64,000 bases of DNA, taken from assembly GCA_016214555.1 (NCBI GenBank), contig JACROF010000003.1, positions 64,930-128,929 of the forward strand. The letters run 5' to 3'. Numbering within the stretch: the stretch's first letter is position 1; every line of letters starts with the position of its first letter. The DNA is from Candidatus Levyibacteriota bacterium (lineage in GTDB: Bacteria > Patescibacteriota > Microgenomatia > Levybacterales > UBA12049). Shown in pieces: positions 57,142 to 64,000 of this stretch. The notes beneath the pieces are model-generated. The model was given only the letters and a program-made list of their open reading frames with translations, ran no database searches and was not told the origin of the DNA. The translations under genes were made by a program, and so were the position numbers.

Positions 57142-58068
57142 CTAATACCCCACAAACCACGAATGGTGCAGCTTTTTTCTCTCAGGATGAAAGAATAGAT
57201 ACATTTTGTTGTTGTAAACAAAAGTAAACTTCTCCGGCCAAAGCTTGAGGAGTAAATAAACAATAAGAGGTATGAGAGGCAATATGATCCATAATGGGCC
57301 AAGCCCAAAGCCTGTGAGTACGTTCCATAGCCATCTGAAGAAATCTTTGAGCCATTGAAGCAATTGACCAAGCCATGATAACGCAACAAGCTTTACGGTA
57401 TTGGAAGGATTTTCAGACGATTTCCCATCGTACACAGCGGTCGCGTAGAGCTCGTAGACGCCTGCTTTTAAATTCTTGAGGGTTAACTCATAATATCCAT
57501 CTTTATCAGCCACAACCGTGTACGTGGTCCCATCCTGCAGATGAATAGTGACTGTAGCACCCGGCATCGTGTACCCAAAAACAACAGCATTCCCTCCTGC
57601 TGTAATCTGCGATCTCTGAAGCCCAATTGTTGGTGGAAGGAAAATATTCTTCTTATCAATATTGTTATTGGCTGCAGGAATACTCAGGCATGTAGTTGAC
57701 TCTCCTATGTTCTTGTAATCGATATGCTGTAAACAAAAACTAGAAAAATTACGATTAATAAGAATATCTTTAAAAGCCCAAAAGCCATTTTGATCTGCGA
57801 CGGTGCTTCGGTAAAAAACACCATTGGAGGTAAGAATAATTGAGGCAAATGGCGAAGCGAATCCAGAGAGGTTAAGGTAAAACTCACCAATACGGGCAGA
57901 GACTTTAACAGGGTCCTCAGTCTCAGATATCGTTGTGGTCGCCAACACAGGACAATTTTGGAATAGCAAAAACAACATTGCTATGACAAAAAACAATTTG
58001 ACTATACTAAAACTCTTAATGCTCATACACCACAAACGAGAGAGCCTTTTAAAAACAGGCTCTCTCAC
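57142..58068 (-). CDS. Secreted/anchored hypothetical protein with an Ig-like (carboxypeptidase-regulatory-like) domain and a C-terminal TM
   Basis: N-terminal hydrophobic signal VKLFFVIAMLFLLFQNCPVLA. TVTIHLQDGTTYTVVADKDGYYELTLKNLKAGVYELYATAV. C-terminal TM LGPLWIILPLIPLIVYLLL. Confidence 0.5.
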   Translation of the reverse strand: MREPVFKRLSRLWCMSIKSFSIVKLFFVIAMLFLLFQNCPVLATTTISETEDPVKVSARIGEFYLNLSGFASPFASIILTSNGVFYRSTVADQNGFWAFKDILINRNFSSFCLQHIDYKNIGESTTCLSIPAANNNIDKKNIFLPPTIGLQRSQITAGGNAVVFGYTMPGATVTIHLQDGTTYTVVADKDGYYELTLKNLKAGVYELYATAVYDGKSSENPSNTVKLVALSWLGQLLQWLKDFFRWLWNVLTGFGLGPLWIILPLIPLIVYLLLKLWPEKFTFVYNNKMYLFFHPERKKLHHSWFVGY

Positions 58069-59113
58069 TAGTATAGTAGTATTAATTTTAAAAATGAGAG
58101 ACTATCAATCTATATATAAATATATTAATAGATATCAATAAATTATCTTACAAAGCTTCGCAAGAAAATCGATAACTAGTGGCACAAAGCAAAGTAAATC
58201 TCATATACAAGAGCAACATGGTAAGGAAAAGGACTAATTACGGTAGTGGAAAATGATAAGGCTATATTATTTGTGCCTAAAAAATAAAAATAGATTGAAT
58301 TATCAATCTAAATATAACTATTATTTTTCTATCAGTCTAATGACATGATTGACAAAACAACCCGAAAGCGAAATAGACATGAGGCTAATTATTGAAAAGT
58401 CATAACTTATAAAAAAGGTAAGGACCAATTTTTTACCCCTTTCACACAAGTAATGGGGAAGAAAAAATTAACAGTAGCTAAAAATCTTCTTGGAAATATA
58501 TCTAACTATATCACCTATCAAAAATACCGACGTAGGAATATTATGATATCTTTAGATATATTCACTGTTTTTTACCGAGAACGACATAGTCGAAAAAAGA
58601 AAGAAATATCGTTGTGAAATAATAAAAACTTATCAATTTTCTTATTATTTTTGTATCTTTATTAAGATATCTAAAAATATCTAAATATATCAATACTATT
58701 TTACTCTAGGGTATTGACAGCCTCAATCACACTTGCGAACATATTAATAGATGTATTTATTAATATATGTAAGATTTTCATAAAAGAGATAGGTGATAAT
58801 CGGTATAATCTATATAATCTCAAGGCTAGAAACCAAATCACAATCTTTAAAAAATCTTACAAAAATAGAATTCATCAAGAAGGAACAAGCTATGAAAAAT
58901 CATAAAGTTGGGCACGATCTTATTTTCACAAGTAGAAAGTCGAATTCATCCATGAAAACGGCTGTGAAATATTCCTATGAGACTCACTCCTCTACTGGGG
59001 AGATGGATAGAATCATGATAATCCTTTCAGCAGTTGCACTGAGCTTCTTTGTTAGTCAATTCTTTTTGATTATTGCAAGATAGCGAATGTATCTAAACCA
59101 ATATGGACTTATC

Positions 59114-62100
59114 TGCCCAGTTCAAATCGTTTCTTAGTAAACAGAAGAAGCCTGCTTCAAAGATAACGATTAAAAATTATATAGCTGACCTCAATCAGTT
59201 TGTTCGTTGGTACAAATCTCACTACAACAAGGATTTCCATCCATCGCAATTCACTTCTGAAGTCGTTGAGATCTACAAGACAACTCAAAGCGGTCTTTCT
59301 CCTGAATACAAAAATGCCACCTCCATCTCAGCTCGATCGCTCAAACGACATCTATCAACTCTTCGTAAATTTGCCAGCTTCCTAGTAGTAAAGGGCTATA
59401 TCTCAAGCTCGCCATTAGCTATTAACCATTCGCCATTAGCAAAATCTGACCCGTTCCATCTCAAAGCCTTCAAAGAGCATCTCTATCTCTCCAAATCATC
59501 GGATCTTACTATAAAAAACTATATCAATGACATCAAGCAGCTTTGTCACTGGGCTGGAGAAATAGATGATATCTCTTCATTGATTAATAGCGCCTCACTA
59601 AAAAACTACCGAGAAAATCTTATTGCTAACTCTGGCCTCTCTGAGGCCTCAATACATCGCAAGCTTTCCTCTCTTCGCCGCTATGCGAGATTTATGCAAG
59701 AGAAGAACTTTATCAATGCAAAAGACTTATCTGAATACTTAGACCAGACTCTTACTAGCAAATTGTTAGCAGGAGCAAGATCACTGGAAGAGGCAAAAGA
59801 AAGATTGTCGCCAGGGCAAGATCTAAACAGAACTCAGCAATCAACCATACCTGCTGCTAATCATGACTTGGACACTTCCGCTCTGACCTCAAGTGCTCAG
59901 CTCCCTGAGAAGCCAGTATCTAGTATTTCGTATCAAGTATCTAGCAAAGATACTAATAAATCTCAGCTAAATACTAAATACCAAATACCAAATACTAGAT
60001 ATTCCCGTTTTGCTCCTTTCAGGCTAAGCCAAAAAATTCTCGCCCCTCTTGTTCTCGGATTTGATAATTCAGTCGTATCACTATCGGCAAAGGCACTTGA
60101 AAAAGCTCAATACCTTTCCTGGATAGCCAGAGGAAAGCAGATATTCTCATCTAGTGCTAAAAATGGTTTAGCTGATGCTATTAAAATAAAATCTATCGTT
60201 CCAGGCAATGTCCTTCCCAGCTTACTTCAAAATAACAGTGGATCTTTGCTAAATACTAAATACCAAACTTCAAATGCTAAATACCAAATACTAAATACTA
60301 AATACTCCCCCCTCCATCCTTCCCACCCATCATTTTCTAGTCTTCCGTTCCACCTCCGAGCTCTCGGTCATGCCCGACATACTAGACCAAACTGGTATAA
60401 AAAATATCATTCCTATTCAGTGGTGCATTATTTCCACTTTGCTGCACTTATCATCATGATGTCGGCTCTTGGATTTGGCTTGTACCGCTCGTTTATTGAA
60501 AATCCACAAAAAGAGCAGGCTCTTGCTGCTCCGCCAACAGCACCGCCAAGGCTCCTCTCGTTTCAAGGTCGGCTGACAGACTCAAACGACAACCCTATCA
60601 CAACCGCAAAAGACTTGCGGTTTACGGTTTATAATGACGCCTCTGCTACAGGCGCGGCCCTCCTCTGGCAAGAGACTCAACAGCTCACCCCAGACCAGGA
60701 TGGCATATTTTCTATACTCTTGGGGTCAAGTACTGCCATTCCTTCAACAGTATTTACCGACAACTCAACTCTCTATCTTGGCATCACTGTCCAATCTGAT
60801 AGCGAGCTTACTCCTCGTCAGCAAATTGCGACAGTTGCCTTTGCAGCAAATGCCGAAACCATCCAAGGCCTTCTTCCAAGCACAGGGGCAGGCGCTGGTC
60901 AAACAAATGTAGTCCTTGCTCTTGACTCAAGCGGCAATTTAACAATTGGCGGGACTGCTAACCCTACTTTTTCAGCAACGGGTGGATCATTTACGCTCTC
61001 TGGAAAAACATTAGCGCTCAACACAACAGCTGGCTCAAATGGCAATGTCACTCTTACCCCCGACGGAGTCGGCATCATCCAGCTCAATGCGCCAGTCCAA
61101 AACACAAACACAAATTATCGAAACAACATACCAACTGCTAAAGGTGCTGTTGAGATCGATGATATGTTTGCTGTCTTAGCTACATCCTCAGGTCAATCAG
61201 CATTCACTCTCAACCAAGACAGCACTGGTCCGCTGATTAGCGCTTCAACAAGTGGAGTTGCTAAATTTACCATTGCCAATGATGGCTCTGGCTACTTTGC
61301 AGGATCTGTCGGCATCGGTGATGTTACACCCGATGCTCCTCTTGATGTCGTTGGTGATGTCTATATCAGCGATGGGCTTAGTCTCTATGAAACAGCAGTC
61401 TCAGATGGCACAGTTGAAGCGACCAAATTCTGCACAGGAGATGGTGAGACTAATTGTGTTACAGACTTCTCTGCTCTCGTGTCTGGAAGTAGTTATTGGC
61501 TCAGAAATCTTGGAGCACTCTCTCCTGCAAATGTGACTGATGATTTGCTTCTAGGGGCAAATGCAACCACAAGTGCAATTGTAAAACTTCCAGGCCTTAC
61601 CAACAATAATGCATTCTTTAATCTAGGAACTGGCAATGTTGGAATAGGTACCACAGCACCTGTTGCCAAATTAGACATACGAGGCTCTGGCATCTCCTCC
61701 CCTGTTGCTTCTATCTCAGGACAGACAAATGCTGTAGCTGCATTAGTCGTTGACAACAAAGTTGGAGATCTTTTTGCAGCTTCAAGTTCCGGATTAACAA
61801 GGTTTGTGATCACCCAGGCCGGAAATGTCGGCATCGGCCTTGGGACTATCATGCCCGTACAAGCACTAGACGTTTCAGGCAATGGCATGTTCCGCAATTC
61901 AGGAGATCTTGCCTCTACCTTCAGAGGTATTCATGTTCTTCCTACAACGACAACATCTGGTGGAAGCAACCAAGTAGTGAGAGGGTACTCAACCTCAAAT
62001 GGCTTTGCGCTTGAAGGGGGGAATACAGCCTTTGGCGCAACGCCTGCAACCATTGTCCTAAACGGACCGGGTGGCTACATATCATTTCAAACAAACACAA

Positions 62101-64000
62101 CAAATAGAAATGCTATTGGTGCATCTGAAAAAATGCGTATCACTAGCGATGGCAATATAGGTATTGGCACTACCGCTCCCCTTGCAACACTTCATGTTGC
62201 TAGTATTTCGGCAAAAGCGCTTGTGATCCTAGATCAAAACAACTCAACCCAGGATATTTTCACAGCTTCAGCTGCAGGAGTTACTAAATTTGTGATTAAT
62301 AATGGAGGCAATGTTGGAATTCTTGATAACAGTCCTGATGCGCCACTTGATGTCGTCGGAGATGTATACATAAGTGATGGTTTGAGTCTTTTTGAGACAG
62401 CAGTTAGTGATGGCACAGTAGAAGCGACTCAGTTCTGCACTGGTGATGGAGAAACTAACTGTGTAACAGATTTCTCAGCTCTCGTATCTGGAAGTAGCTA
62501 TTGGCAATTAAACAATAAAGTCCTCTCCCCAGGCAACTCTACCCATGATCTAGCTATTGGCGGCACAGCTACAAGCAGTGCCCTCTTCCAAGTATTTGCA
62601 GTAGGTACGAATGCAGGAACTGCATCTAGTTCAGGTCAACTGACCTTCAGGGGTACTACAGATCCTAAGATTAATATTCTTAATGGAGAGGCATTTGGGA
62701 TTAGCACCTCTGCGGGTGGAGATGCTGGGCTTACTGAGAGATTGACGATCACTAATGATGGTAACGTAGGGATTGGAAGTACCTTGCCTACACAAAAACT
62801 TTTTGTTGATGGAAACATTGGTATCACAGCAGGAGCAGCAAACAGCTTTATTGGAAGTAGTACATTTAATGGTTACAACCCAGCTGACAATGGAGGTAGG
62901 GCTGGAATAAATGCAGCAGCTAGTTTTTATCTCAATCTAGACTCAAATAATGATGGGACGACAGCTTTTTTCCAAATTGCAAAAGACTCTAACTCGCTCT
63001 CAGGCGGAACGCAGCTTTTCACAGTTAATGAGTCTGGAAATGTCGGGATCGGCACAACAACTAATCATGGATTTGTTCACATAAATGGAGGCACACAGGG
63101 AGGAAATGCAGCACTTGTTATCAATCAAACAGGTGCTCAGACAAATGACATCTTCACCGCATCATCATCTGGCGCCACCCGATTTAGTCTTGCAGGCGAT
63201 GGATCAGCCACCCACTCTGCTGTGACAAGCGGTGGATATGCCTATAGACTTACTGCCAACAATCTCACAACCGGAACAGGTATGTATCTTTCCTCAACTA
63301 GCACTGGACTTAGCACAGGTGGACTTCTGGCTCTAGACTGGTCACCAGGGTCTTCAACTGTCGCCACCGGCGATCTTTTGAGTCTCAATGTTGGAGCCAA
63401 TGGAACGTTGGGAAATATCTTTAATGTTAAAGATAATGGATCTAGTGTCTTCTCTGTCTCACAGAGTCAAATCACAGCTGCCCTCCCTACTTCATTTACT
63501 GCAGCTGGAGATACCTCATTTGCCTATGACATCAATTTTACCAATCCAACTGCTTCATACATCAAGAGTGCGGCTCCACTCTATCTCCAGGCTGGAGAAA
63601 CGTTTAACTCATCAGATCTGACATTACAAACATATAATGCAGGCAATGTCATCATTGACTCACAAGCATTTGTTACCAATTACGCAGCCACTGTCTCTGG
63701 CCAGCTGGTTGTCGGCACATCAACAGCTCCTGCCAATATCGGCAATTTCTACCTGACCAACTCAGCTGAATTTGGTAAGTCTCTGGCTATTCTCAATCAG
63801 ACTGAGTCAAACGATATCTTAACAGGTAGCAGTAGCGGTGTATTTAAATTCGTTTTTAACCAAAATGGCAACCTAGGCATCGGCACTTCTCTTCCTGCTG
63901 CTCCTCTGGATGTAGTTGGAGATATATATGGTTCATCTGGTATCTCACTGTATAACACAGCTGTTAGTGATGACACAGTTGAGGCAGTAAGATTTTGCAC
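59114..64000 (+). CDS. Giant partial protein (over 1628 codons, continues beyond the window) with two N-terminal integrase-type SAM-like (core-binding) domains, a single TM helix, and a long repetitive extracellular region
   Basis: Manual translation from ATG 59114 is open to the window end; it is absent from the ORF track because it has no stop. Core-binding-like copies: ITIKNYIADLNQFVRWY...SISARSLKRHLSTLRKFASFLVVKGYISSSP and LTIKNYINDIKQLCHWAGE...ASIHRKLSSLRRYARFMQEKNFI. TM helix VVHYFHFAALIIMMSALGFGLY with a basic N-flank. Downstream modules repeat NVGIGTT.P...L.V and three copies of PDAPLDVVGDVYISDGLSL[YF]ETAVSDGTVEAT.FCTGDGETNCVTDFSALVSGSSYW. Confidence 0.7.
59967..60001 (+). repeat. Heptanucleotide tandem repeat (T/C)AAATAC, about 5 units, inside the giant CDS
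   Basis: taaatac taaatac caaatac caaatac tagatat. Encodes NTKYQIPNTRYS. Confidence 0.7.
60240..60295 (+). repeat. Heptanucleotide tandem repeat (T/C)AAATAC, about 8 units (two degenerate), inside the giant CDS
   Basis: taaatac taaatac caaactt caaatgc taaatac caaatac taaatac taaatac. Encodes LNTKYQTSNAKYQILNTKYS. Confidence 0.7.

Noticed and set aside
59967-64000. Tandem repeats in the giant gene as a CRISPR array
   Set aside because: Units are 7 nt, or else several-hundred-nt protein-coding repeats with synonymous divergence. There are no 25-40-nt direct repeats with unique spacers and no cas genes in the window.

Overview
The window is from a low-GC (roughly 40%) bacterium with a monoderm (Gram-positive-type) envelope. 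Supporting genes: sortase, GT26 TagA/WecG-like transferase, SH3b proteins, Csc/WxL-like surface proteins, ComEA/ComEC, MreB. Many genes lack Shine-Dalgarno sequences and several are split, which fits a CPR/Patescibacteria-like or unusual Firmicutes-like genome; this cannot be decided without searches. Housekeeping genes present: leuS (intact), ndk, mreB, an M16 peptidase, a Tat translocase (tatC plus three tatA), comEA and a split comEC, and tRNA-Arg(CCU). argS is disrupted by an internal deletion plus frameshift. Three accessory regions carry most of the interest. (1) 1.1-18.5 kb: a TPR-GT41 (OGT-like) glycosyltransferase, a GNAT and a DegT aminotransferase, followed by three paralogous giant Ser/Thr/Asn-rich proteins with no signal peptides. 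A two-component system that looks N-terminally truncated sits between them. Two small proteins and a right-handed beta-helix, tailspike-like protein follow. The beta-helix protein shares a short C-terminal motif with a 981-aa SH3b membrane protein downstream. (2) 33.2-36.3 kb: a higher-GC island with strong ribosome-binding sites next to tRNA-Arg. It encodes small membrane proteins, two paralogous zinc-ribbon proteins and a sortase. (3) 52.1-57.0 kb: a Csc/WxL-like cell-surface cluster (WxL-like and DUF916/DUF3324-like proteins) bounded by CT-rich tracts, with an orphan paralog at 37.6-39.1 kb. (4) 59.1 kb to the window end: a giant partial gene (over 1600 codons). It encodes two tandem integrase-type SAM-like (core-binding) domains, then one TM helix, then a long repetitive extracellular region. 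Heptanucleotide coding repeats in it could mediate phase variation. A sucrose-phosphate synthase/phosphatase-like cluster, a VapBC-like TA pair and a structured intergenic region (24.0-24.6 kb) are also present. No CRISPR array, rRNA, or complete prophage is evident.
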